From Candidatus Altimarinota bacterium (GTDB lineage: Bacteria; Patescibacteriota; Gracilibacteria; UBA1369): a stretch of 64,000 nucleotides of DNA. Positions 1 to 7,767 of this stretch are shown here, piece by piece; the first letter of the stretch is position 1; each line of letters opens with the position of its first letter. The position numbers and the translations under genes were made by a program. A model generated the notes under the pieces. It saw only the letters and a program-made list of their open reading frames with translations. It searched no databases and was not told where the DNA came from. The stretch is from assembly GCA_041738505.1 (NCBI GenBank), contig JBGSPQ010000010.1:5553-69552 (forward strand). The letters run 5' to 3'.

Positions 1-1576
1 AGGCCTCTTTGTCGTTTTTTGCCGATGGATAGCGCAGAAAGTACCAGCTGGAATCCACAAAAGTATCCATTGTATCCACTTCGCGCTCCGCTTTGCCACC
101 GCATTTGGGGCAGTCCGTATTCACAAAACTCTCGCAGGTGTTTAAAGGACTTTTGCCGTCCCCTTTGGGCGTAAAATCCACGTCTGCCGGCAGTAAAACC
201 GGCAAATTTTCTTCCAAAACCGGAACCTCCCCGCATTTTTTGCAGTAAACAATCGGAATCGGTGCGCCCCAGTATCTTTGGCGCGAAACAAGCCAATCCC
301 GGAGTTTATAATTAACCACAAGTTTCCCCTTTTTATCCTTTTCCAGCTTGGCGGTGATTTTTTTACGCGCCTCCGCCGAATCCATCCCATCAAAACCCTT
401 GGAATTAACAAGCGCCCCGTCATCCGTAAACGCCTGTTCCGCTATTTTATTTTGCCCCGCGCCCGCTTTCCCCGCAGGCTTAATCACCTCCCTGATCGGC
501 AAATCATATTTCTTCGCGAAATCAAAATCGCGCTCGTCGTGAGCGGGAACGGCCATCACCGCGCCCGTGCCGTAGTGCATCAGCACATAATCCGCAATCC
601 AGACGGGAATAACCTCTCCGTTCACCGGATTTACAGCGTACGTACCCGTAAAAACACCGGTTTTCTCCCTTCCCTCCGCGGACCTGGCAATGTCGGTCTC
701 CTTTCGCGCTTTTTCTATATAATCCTTAATATTTTCCATCTGATCCTTCGTGTTGATTTCCAAAACCAGAGGATGCTCCGGCGCCAGCACCATATAAGTC
801 GCCCCAAACAGCGTATCCGCTCGGGTGGTGAAAACCGCCACCGATTCACCCGATTTCGCCCCCTCTTTATCGCACAGCTCAAACACAATCTCACTGCCCT
901 CGCTCCGCCCTATCCAGTTCTTCTGCATTAAAATAGTCTTCGCCGGCCAGTCCAGCCCGCTGTAATCCAGCAGTTTCTCGGCGTAGTCGCGGATGCGGAA
1001 AAACCATTGGGTTAAATCTTTCTTTGTAACTTCATGTTTGCACCTTTCGCATTGGCCGTCCTCCACCTGCTCGTTGGCCAAAACCGTCTGGCACGAGGGA
1101 CACCAGTTCACCGGCGCGTTCTTCCTATACGCCAGCCCCTTTTTATACAATTGCAAAAACACCCACTGCGTCCACCTGTAATACTCCGGAGAAGAAGTCA
1201 CCACCTCTTTTTCATAATCATACATCGGCCCCATTTCCCGCAGTTGTTTGCGCATATACTCAATGTTCTCCGCGATGCTCACCGTGGGATGCACCCCTTT
1301 TTTGATCGCGTAATTTTCCGCCGGCAGACCGAAACTGTCATATCCCATCGGTTCCAGCACGTTATAGCCTTTCATCCTCATATATCTGCCCCACGAATCC
1401 GACGGCGCAAAGTTATACCAGTGTCCGATATGCAGTTTGTCGCCGGAGGGATATGGAAACATCACCAGATTGTAGTATTTGGGCTTTTTATCCTCCAGAT
1501 TGCATTCGTAAAGACCGGCATCATGCCATTTCTTCTGCCATTTTTGTTCGGTTTTCCGCGGTTCGTATTTATTCAT
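1..1576 (-). CDS. leuS: Leucyl-tRNA synthetase, N-terminal ~525 codons; the 3' end runs off the window
   Basis: Absent from the ORF track because there is no stop in the window. My reverse-strand translation from ATG 1576-1574 reads [24 protein letters not shown]...[13 protein letters not shown] (HIGH motif), CPSCQT..CERC and CKKCG..CPKCG zinc knuckles, WIGRSEG and [10 protein letters not shown] blocks. It is open to position 1. Confidence 0.9.
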   Translation of the reverse strand, partial: MNKYEPRKTEQKWQKKWHDAGLYECNLEDKKPKYYNLVMFPYPSGDKLHIGHWYNFAPSDSWGRYMRMKGYNVLEPMGYDSFGLPAENYAIKKGVHPTVSIAENIEYMRKQLREMGPMYDYEKEVVTSSPEYYRWTQWVFLQLYKKGLAYRKNAPVNWCPSCQTVLANEQVEDGQCERCKHEVTKKDLTQWFFRIRDYAEKLLDYSGLDWPAKTILMQKNWIGRSEGSEIVFELCDKEGAKSGESVAVFTTRADTLFGATYMVLAPEHPLVLEINTKDQMENIKDYIEKARKETDIARSAEGREKTGVFTGTYAVNPVNGEVIPVWIADYVLMHYGTGAVMAVPAHDERDFDFAKKYDLPIREVIKPAGKAGAGQNKIAEQAFTDDGALVNSKGFDGMDSAEARKKITAKLEKDKKGKLVVNYKLRDWLVSRQRYWGAPIPIVYCKKCGEVPVLEENLPVLLPADVDFTPKGDGKSPLNTCESFVNTDCPKCGGKAEREVDTMDTFVDSSWYFLRYPSAKNDKEA

Positions 1577-1639
1577 AAATCATCGGTTAATAAGCAACTG
1601 CTGTGCGTGATTGTCCGCTCCGCACCGGTACGGCAGTGT

Positions 1640-2239
1640 CTAAACGCCCGCCGGCCCCGTTTCCGCGATAGAATATACCCCAAAAATCAGAAATAGAACA
1701 TACACAACTCCAAAAAACAGTAGATTTCTGACCATCCTTCGTCTATTCGGTTTGAACCCCGTATCGCGCTTTTTGGAGCGGTCATACTGATAAAGCAGAA
1801 GTTCATATCCGTATGTTGCCAGAATTATCAAAATCAAACCCACAACAACAAGTGGGTTAAAGTACCACATCTCCGCGAAACGAAATTCCGAAAACCAGGG
1901 GGCCATCCGCTCATTTCCAATCAGATATCCCACACCCATTATCAAAATCAAGTGAGCGGACTGATCCAATAGAAAAGTTTTTACAAATCTGTTCGCGCTT
2001 TTCTCAATCTGAATTTTGGCCGAGTCAATAAAAAAATGGCTTACTGTAACAATCAAAATAGCCATGAAAACCGCCGGACTGGGCAAAAACGGAGCCATAA
2101 TAACAAGTCCGCTCAAGCCGTGGATGACGGTATGAATCAGGGTGCCTTTCCAGCTTTCATGTTTCATTTTTACAATACGGTCCGGCTGGAGCACAAAGTC
2201 GGCGATAAAATGGGTGAGAATCAGGTATAAAGTGGGCAT
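1640..2239 (-). CDS. DUF3307-like integral membrane protein
   Basis: 199-aa ORF with multiple hydrophobic segments. N-terminal THFIADFVLQPD matches the H-x3-D-F-x-x-Q signature I associate with DUF3307. Confidence 0.55.
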   Translation of the reverse strand: MPTLYLILTHFIADFVLQPDRIVKMKHESWKGTLIHTVIHGLSGLVIMAPFLPSPAVFMAILIVTVSHFFIDSAKIQIEKSANRFVKTFLLDQSAHLILIMGVGYLIGNERMAPWFSEFRFAEMWYFNPLVVVGLILIILATYGYELLLYQYDRSKKRDTGFKPNRRRMVRNLLFFGVVYVLFLIFGVYSIAETGPAGV

Positions 2240-2303
2240 TGGCGGAGGAAGGTCGGATTAATTGAAATAAGTACGCGAATCGGCCGGGCAAAAGGGTGGA
2301 AAA

Positions 2304-2771
2304 CTATCCGGTTTGTTCCTTTTCCGCCCTGTCATTGATTTTATATCTGCGCAAAAATTCGTCGCTGATTCTGCTGGCCATACCGTGACTGGAGGAAACC
2401 AGATTTATAAAGTCGTCTTTCATTAATTTAAAAGCTTCCGTATCCTCCGCCGCCTGAGTGCTGGCATTACGGGGTTTTTCGCTGATCAGGGCCATTTCGC
2501 CAAAGAAGTCGTTGTCGCCCAACATTGCCACTTCCTGTTCCGCGGTAGGGTCGGTGGAGCCGTGAAACACCCGCACCATTCCGCGCTTGATGATAAAAAA
2601 AGAGTCTCCGGGCTCGCCTTCCTTAAAAATCAGATGGCCTTTGGGGAAGTACTCAAGAGTTATATGGGTGATGATTTCCCTGTGATCGTCCTCGTTAAGA
2701 TCCTCCAGCAGAGGGATTTTTTTTAGAATGTTGAGGATTGTGGACACGTCCTCATTACTGATGGGAGCCAT
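2304..2771 (-). CDS. Stand-alone cyclic-nucleotide-binding (cNMP/Crp-type) domain protein
   Basis: The ORF 2304-2777 begins with TTG; the first ATG is at 2771. FFIIKRGMVRV...FFGEMALIS...RNASTQA is the classic cNMP-binding beta-barrel/phosphate-binding-cassette pattern. Confidence 0.75.
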   Translation of the reverse strand: MAPISNEDVSTILNILKKIPLLEDLNEDDHREIITHITLEYFPKGHLIFKEGEPGDSFFIIKRGMVRVFHGSTDPTAEQEVAMLGDNDFFGEMALISEKPRNASTQAAEDTEAFKLMKDDFINLVSSSHGMASRISDEFLRRYKINDRAEKEQTG

Positions 2772-2871
2772 GGGCAAGTTGGATTAGAGGATTTAATATT
2801 CACTCAATTTTACCCCAAAACCGCCAAAAATACAATCGGGAGGCGGGGCGCAGTGACTACGACACGCGAGC

Positions 2872-2941
2872 CAACCTTCCACGTTGCTCAACGCCGCCCC
2901 CCGCAAGCCAGAGTCAACCTTCCACGTTGCCCCCGCAAGCC
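2872..2941. repeat. Short direct repeats (CAACCTTCCACGTTGC and CCCCGCAAGCC, 2-3 copies) inside a C-rich, G-poor tract (~2860-3120)
   Basis: CAACCTTCCACGTTGC at 2872-2887 and 2915-2930. CCCCGCAAGCC follows each copy, and a third partial copy AACCTTCG starts at 2942. Confidence 0.6.
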
Positions 2942-3101
2942 AACCTTCGTTCATCTTCCCTCAACCATTACATCTCGCCACTAAACCTCGCGCGTTTGCA
3001 AGCCACTTTCAACTCAATCCTCCTATTTACCTCCATTCCTAAGCCCCACGTACACCCTCTCCTCCGCATGCGCGAGCCCCTTTTAACCCAAACCTCCTTA
3101 T

Positions 3102-4187
3102 TTACCCCCCGCCCCTAACCCCCACATACCCCCCCTCCTCCACGTGAGCCAGCTCGTGGTGCGCTTTGCACAGCGGTCGCAAGTGGCGCGGATCATGACT
3201 GCCGAAAGTGGCGAATGGTTTTTGGTGATGAATGTGCGCGGCCGGCTTCCCGCAGTGTGGTGCGGAGCAGACGTTGCCGTATTTTGCCGTTACAATTTTT
3301 TTTATTATTGCGGGAACGTGACGCGAAGTGGGTTTGCCGATAATGTGTTTTTCCAAACGCGCTTGCAGTTGCTCTTGCCCCAGCTTTTCCATTTCTTCTT
3401 TGATTTCGTTCTCCCTTTTTTGCAAAAATTCCATGAAAAGTGAGTTAACATCAATTCCCTTGGCCTTGAGTTCCCGGATTTTGTGCTTTAGTTCAGGCGA
3501 AAAGGCGGCGAGGATGTCTGCGTCTGGCGTTGCGTCGGTTGGTGAGTTGGGAGTTGTGTCGTGTGTTGTGTTTGTCGTTGAGCCATTTCCTGCGCCGGTT
3601 GTTTCATCCCCGGTTTCGTAATCATTTTCCCGTGTGTCAAAGTGATGCACGTGCAGAACTTTTTGGTCGATATTTGTTTTATTAAAGCCATTTGGATTTT
3701 CGTTGTCGCTTTCAGTTTTCAACTCCCTGACATATATTTCCAGCGCGCGACTGGAGAGGATTTCCGTTTTCCTTAAGAGCTCGTGTTGATTTTCCGCCGT
3801 TGCGATGGAAGCCACTCTGGCGAGCTTGTTGGCGCTGATTTTCCCTTCCACCAGGGCCGCGTGCAGAACCGGTGTGTCGGCAAATCGCTGACCCAGGCGC
3901 AAAACCAGATCAACCTGCTTTCTACTCATCCCAGCCAGCCTAGCCGCGAATTCGTAGATGCAGGTGTAACCGCGCTTTTCCAGCCAGGATTTGCGGGGCG
4001 GTTTTTGTGGTGTTAATAAGTTGAGTTGATCGGCCATCCCTCCATCACCTCCCCGCGACTCCATCTCTCTGCGCCAAACCTCCGGCAGAAGCCCCGCGAA
4101 TCTTCGGCGCGCGTCCAGAGCTTGGCGCCCCCATTTTTTGCAGATTGAATAAAGTTCACTGTCCGAAAATTGATTTAAATTCTTCAT
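3102..4187 (-). CDS. HNH endonuclease with DUF222-like N-terminal domain (paralogue 1)
   Basis: 361 aa. C-terminal CSAPHCGKPAAHIHHQKPFATFGSHDPRHLRPLCKAHHELAH is an HNH/zinc-knuckle motif. The N-terminus aligns by eye with the ORF at 43616-44635 (GLLPEV, HEFAA..AG(M/I)S, LHAAL.EG.IS.NKL, IATAENQ, SSRALE). Confidence 0.8.
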   Translation of the reverse strand: MKNLNQFSDSELYSICKKWGRQALDARRRFAGLLPEVWRREMESRGGDGGMADQLNLLTPQKPPRKSWLEKRGYTCIYEFAARLAGMSRKQVDLVLRLGQRFADTPVLHAALVEGKISANKLARVASIATAENQHELLRKTEILSSRALEIYVRELKTESDNENPNGFNKTNIDQKVLHVHHFDTRENDYETGDETTGAGNGSTTNTTHDTTPNSPTDATPDADILAAFSPELKHKIRELKAKGIDVNSLFMEFLQKRENEIKEEMEKLGQEQLQARLEKHIIGKPTSRHVPAIIKKIVTAKYGNVCSAPHCGKPAAHIHHQKPFATFGSHDPRHLRPLCKAHHELAHVEEGGYVGVRGGG

Positions 4188-4316
4188 GAAATATATATTA
4201 AAAAAATACGGAAATTGACCGCTAAAAGCCCAAATACAACCTACCGAAAATTAAGTACAATGTGCGCGCCATCCCGAGTCGCCCGAAGTAATTGCGCGCC
4301 GGCTAAATACAAACTA

Positions 4317-4395
4317 ATTATAGCCAAAACAAGCCAAAAAACCACTATTCCGTCTTGCCCACTAATGTCAAATTGCGGTGTAGCCGTCGCTTGTG
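4317..4395 (-). other. Conserved block upstream of HNH paralogue 1 (CACAAGCGACG-13 nt-TTGACA-43 nt-TATAAT)
   Basis: The same boxes with identical 13-nt and 43-nt spacings occur upstream of HNH paralogue 2 at 43510-43588 (there the last box is TAAATT). A GGCTTGTT box is also shared. Confidence 0.55.
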
Positions 4396-4489
4396 AAAGC
4401 CAAAAGATGATAGTCGAACCCTCGGGCGGGATGAAAAAAATGTTGTAATCTCTTTATTTTGAATACGTACTTGACAGAAATAACAAAAC

Positions 4490-5140
4490 ATGTTAATAGT
4501 TCAGTGTCTTCTGTTTATACTATTTATTAATCTACTAAATATGAAGAACTCAATTGATTTGACACAAAAGCAGGTGGAGTTCCCACAAAACACTGCAAAT
4601 GAAGGGGTAAATGCAAACAGTTGTGTCCAAAATAATATCAAAGGACAGCTGGTTAAGGTCTTATCGAAAATTACCAGTTGTGATGATGGAAATACAAGTA
4701 TTAAGGGAAGATACATCTATGCTACGGACACTCCAAACGATTCAAAAATCAAATCACCCCCTTGGAACGGGGCGGAATGTACGGATACACCGGAACTGAT
4801 TGACGGAGTTAGTGGTGTGGTTAATGAGAATGAAAAGCCTCAACGGTTGCCAAACATAACTCAGGACAGCAGTGGTATATTTTATTCACAATTAGACTAC
4901 GGTTGTATTTATAATTCGACAGACTGTAGTAACGGCGACGACGAAGGAAGTGCAGGCGAAGATGGGGAGGGCGGAATCGGAGGAACTGCAGGCGTCGGAG
5001 GAAGTGCCGGCGAAGGAGGTACAGGAGACGACGAAGGAAGTGCAGGCGAAGATGGGGAGGGGGGAATCGGAGGAAGTGCCGGCGTCGGAGGAAGTGCCGA
5101 CGAAGGTGGTACAGGCGGAATCGGAGGAAGCCTAGGCTAA
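4490..5140 (+). CDS. Hypothetical Cys-containing protein with C-terminal Gly/Asp/Glu-rich tandem repeats; possibly secreted
   Basis: 216-aa ORF. The N-terminus from ATG 4490 is hydrophobic (IVQCLLFILFINLL); an alternative ATG is at 4541. The C-terminus is GDDEGSAGEDGEGGIGG(T/S)AGVGGSA(G/D)EGGT repeated. Confidence 0.5.
   Translation: MLIVQCLLFILFINLLNMKNSIDLTQKQVEFPQNTANEGVNANSCVQNNIKGQLVKVLSKITSCDDGNTSIKGRYIYATDTPNDSKIKSPPWNGAECTDTPELIDGVSGVVNENEKPQRLPNITQDSSGIFYSQLDYGCIYNSTDCSNGDDEGSAGEDGEGGIGGTAGVGGSAGEGGTGDDEGSAGEDGEGGIGGSAGVGGSADEGGTGGIGGSLG
4934..5137 (+). repeat. 90-nt (30-codon) in-frame tandem repeat, about 2.3 copies
   Basis: Units start at 4934 and 5024 and are nearly identical; a partial third unit runs 5114-5137. 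Confidence 0.85.
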
Positions 5141-5246
5141 GGCGGCGTTCTGGCCGACAGGAGATCAAGAAGAAGGGAGGAGTAGATATTTTCATAATTT
5201 TTCAATTAAAAGGGGGGGTGAGTAACATCATCCCCCGATTCGGCCA

Positions 5247-5275
5247 TTGACAAAGAAGTTAAAAGATTATACAAT
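5247..5275 (+). promoter_or_regulatory. Sigma70-like promoter TTGACA-17-TACAAT
   Basis: TTGACA 5247-5252 and TACAAT 5270-5275, about 95 nt upstream of ATG 5369. Confidence 0.5.
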
Positions 5276-5368
5276 GTAATGTCACGATTGATATTCTCGC
5301 TACTCTAGCATAAATGTATCCGCAGGTTAGCCGCTCCGATCGAATCACTAAAAAATAAAAACAAACAA

Positions 5369-6307
5369 ATGTACAAATTCTGGAGAAACAATAAGAACGT
5401 CATATCGGTGGGATTGTCGCTGTTTGTGGTTTCAGTAACATCCCTGATGGTTCTTCTCAATAACGAAAACCTGTCGGCTGACATTAAAACCAACCTAATC
5501 AAAGAAACCGCAAATTCTGAGCAGACCCATGAAGAGGCAGTAGCATACGGGCCTTTTAATTTGGGGGAGGGAGCCGCTCTGCTGGTGGGTATGGACGGAC
5601 TAATAAACTTTGCCAATGAAAAATTCGGCGAGTCCACGGATTTTGATCCAGCGGATATGAAAGGCCAGCTGTTCTTTAATTACATCCATCCCGAAGATCT
5701 GGCGGGAGTTCTTTCCGCTTATGGAAAAGTACTTTCTTCCAAGGAACCGCAAATGCTGGTCGGCCCTTTCAGAATGAAAAACGCCGCCGGCGAGTACACC
5801 GTGCAGATGGCCGCGATGCAGCCGGTTGTGGAGGAGAACAAAATGCAAGGTGTCGCGGTAATGACACGCGCCATTTCGGCCGAATCCGTGCCGGTTGAAG
5901 AAATTGAAATTGAATATGCCGAGGAAGTTGATGTCTCGGATGAGGAACCCCCGCAAGAAACAGAGGAGACTCAATCCACACAGTATTTAATTGATGATTT
6001 GTCCGAGGCGGGATTTGCCGGATTTGAAGAAGAAGCCGCCGAAGAAGAAGAGGAAGTTTTGAGCGAAGCTGAGGTGGAAACGCAGGCGGAAGTGAAAACG
6101 AAAGTGGAAGAACCCGCGGTGGAAAAAAACGAAGAAAATATAAAAAAAGGGAACTCCGATTCTCAAAAAGACGAGGCCAAACCCAGGAAGAAAGACAAGC
6201 AGATTAGAAACGAATCGGATAACGACAAACGTCTGGTGGTGGACAATCTGGCAAATCTGATCAACAAAGTCTACCGCGACCCCGACGTATTGGCGTATCT
6301 GTTCTAA
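5369..6307 (+). CDS. Membrane-anchored PAS-domain protein with highly acidic C-terminal tail
   Basis: N-terminal TM segment (ISVGLSLFVVSVTSLMVLL). A PAS-like core (GMDGLINFANEKFGESTDFDPADMKGQLFFNYIHPEDL...FRMKNAAGEYTV) is followed by an E/D-rich low-complexity tail. Confidence 0.6.
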   Translation: MYKFWRNNKNVISVGLSLFVVSVTSLMVLLNNENLSADIKTNLIKETANSEQTHEEAVAYGPFNLGEGAALLVGMDGLINFANEKFGESTDFDPADMKGQLFFNYIHPEDLAGVLSAYGKVLSSKEPQMLVGPFRMKNAAGEYTVQMAAMQPVVEENKMQGVAVMTRAISAESVPVEEIEIEYAEEVDVSDEEPPQETEETQSTQYLIDDLSEAGFAGFEEEAAEEEEEVLSEAEVETQAEVKTKVEEPAVEKNEENIKKGNSDSQKDEAKPRKKDKQIRNESDNDKRLVVDNLANLINKVYRDPDVLAYLF

Positions 6308-7302
6308 AACGATTCCCTCGCGCTCACATCATCGTCTTTTGAAAGTTCCAGAAAAGTAAAAGTCCACACCGAAGCCGCAAAAACGTGAATGGTGCCGTTT
6401 AAATATGCCGCCAGATAAAGCAGTCCCGCACCAATAACGCCACCCACCCCAAACGCCAGAATCGGCGCGGCCGTGGAAGTCACAAAATAAATAATTGTCG
6501 CCACCACCGCCGGGATCAAAAGCACAAACACAATCTGCACCAGAATCCTCACCGAAATAATCAACATTAAAACCGAAAGCAGCAGAGTTTCCTCCAAGTG
6601 CGTAACCACCAGCACGCAACTCTTGGAAATGGATTCAATCACTCTCTTGTCATCAATCACAATAAAAAATTCGGTGTAGGCAAAAAGCAGGGTAAGAATA
6701 ATCCCCACAATCGCAAAGAATATCGCCAGCGGCAGAAAAGCGTCCAAAGCTCCCCAGCCCAGATTCCGCGCCACAAAAGACGTCCATGAAATCATGGAAA
6801 CAAGACTGAAAGTTCTTATTATCCATGAGTATTCAAACAGCGGCAGAAAACTGAGCATCCCAAACCTGATCCCGTCCCTTGTCCGCACGTCCTGACCATT
6901 CCTTTTTCTGGCTATCAGCTGAATAATCGCACCCTCGCAAAAAGACGGCACCAAAAAATAAAAAATCATCACCACAATCACACCGATAATAATCGGGCCC
7001 GTCCAGGACAAATTATCCTGCAAAACCCCAAGCACATTGGTCACAAACACAACCGTAAAACTGCTTTGCCAATTCTGCATAAGCGGCGAACTTAAAATCG
7101 CATAGTACTGATAAACCAAATACAAAATACCCGCCAACGTCCCGAACAAAGCCGGCAAAAAAGCGTAAACCATTATCAGCTTTTTATTGTCCTGGGTAAA
7201 ATCCCAAGCCTCTTTGATTATCTGCCTGTAGGAAATACGCATAAGCTCAAAAAAGCTGAAAAAACTACTCCATATCTTAATCCATTCATCAAGACTTGCC
7301 AA
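6304..7302 (-). CDS. Polytopic membrane protein, function unknown
   Basis: 332-aa ORF with about 8 hydrophobic helices. The first codon is TTG and the next in-frame ATG is at 7242. The convergent 4-nt overlap with the previous gene fits the compact layout. Confidence 0.5.
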   Translation of the reverse strand: MASLDEWIKIWSSFFSFFELMRISYRQIIKEAWDFTQDNKKLIMVYAFLPALFGTLAGILYLVYQYYAILSSPLMQNWQSSFTVVFVTNVLGVLQDNLSWTGPIIIGVIVVMIFYFLVPSFCEGAIIQLIARKRNGQDVRTRDGIRFGMLSFLPLFEYSWIIRTFSLVSMISWTSFVARNLGWGALDAFLPLAIFFAIVGIILTLLFAYTEFFIVIDDKRVIESISKSCVLVVTHLEETLLLSVLMLIISVRILVQIVFVLLIPAVVATIIYFVTSTAAPILAFGVGGVIGAGLLYLAAYLNGTIHVFAASVWTFTFLELSKDDDVSARESF

Positions 7303-7352
7303 GGGTGAGTATATTTGCTAAAGTAACACCTGATCTTTTCACCCAATTGAAC

Positions 7353-7616
7353 ATGCAGAGAGAGAACAAAAAGAAAGTAATTCAAAAATTCGCGGTACAC
7401 CCAAAAGACACGGGTTCCCCGCAGGTGCAGATAGCCATTCTGACGGAAAGAATCAACCAGCTTTCCAAACACCTGGAAGAGCACGCCAAAGACAACCATT
7501 CCAGAAGGGGACTTCTGATGATGGTGGGCAAGCGCAGAAAACTTTTGAATTATTTGAGACTCAACGAGAAAGATTCTTACGAAGATCTTCTCGGCAAACT
7601 CAAACTAAGAAAATAA
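7353..7616 (+). CDS. rpsO: 30S ribosomal protein S15
   Basis: From ATG 7353: [68 protein letters not shown]. This is the S15 hallmark (DTGS.EVQ, H.KD.HSRRGL) at the expected 88-aa length, immediately upstream of pnp. Confidence 0.92.
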   Translation: MQRENKKKVIQKFAVHPKDTGSPQVQIAILTERINQLSKHLEEHAKDNHSRRGLLMMVGKRRKLLNYLRLNEKDSYEDLLGKLKLRK

Positions 7617-7660
7617 TCTTTAAAAACCAGTAATTTTTACCCCCTTAAAGTGAGCCGGAG

Positions 7661-7724
7661 GTACAAGTTGCAGATTTGAGTGCGTAAGCACAAAGCAAAG
7701 CGGATTCAAACTTGTTACTTGTAC
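7661..7724 (+). promoter_or_regulatory. Long imperfect hairpin in the rpsO-pnp intergenic leader
   Basis: GTACAAGT (7661-7668) pairs with ACTTGTAC (7717-7724). An inner TTTGA/TCAAA pairing extends the helix. Confidence 0.35.
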
Positions 7725-7739
7725 TGGGACTGATTTGAC

Positions 7740-7765
7740 GGGGGCATATCATAACCCCCATTTTT
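7740..7765 (+). terminator. GGGGG/CCCCC hairpin plus T5 directly before the pnp start (rpsO terminator/attenuator)
   Basis: GGGGG 7740-7744, 10-nt loop, CCCCC 7755-7759, TTTTT 7761-7765, then ATG at 7768. Confidence 0.45.
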
Positions 7766-7767
7766 AT

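Noticed and set aside
278-1696. Plus-strand ORFs 278-931 (217 aa) and 1034-1696 (220 aa), and the minus-strand ORF 142-423
   Set aside because: They lie antisense to or out of frame with the clearly recognisable leuS reading frame (minus strand, 1576 to 1). Their translations are Arg/Pro/Leu/His-rich low-complexity sequence typical of shadow frames.
2927-3118. 63-aa plus-strand ORF in the C-rich tract
   Set aside because: It begins with a non-ATG codon, its Pro/Leu/Ser-rich translation simply reflects C-richness, and it overlaps the HNH gene end.
4821-5195. 124-aa minus-strand ORF rich in Arg/Leu/His repeats
   Set aside because: It is the antisense shadow of the 90-nt tandem repeat. Its periodic RRHFLRR sequence mirrors the repeat rather than indicating a gene.
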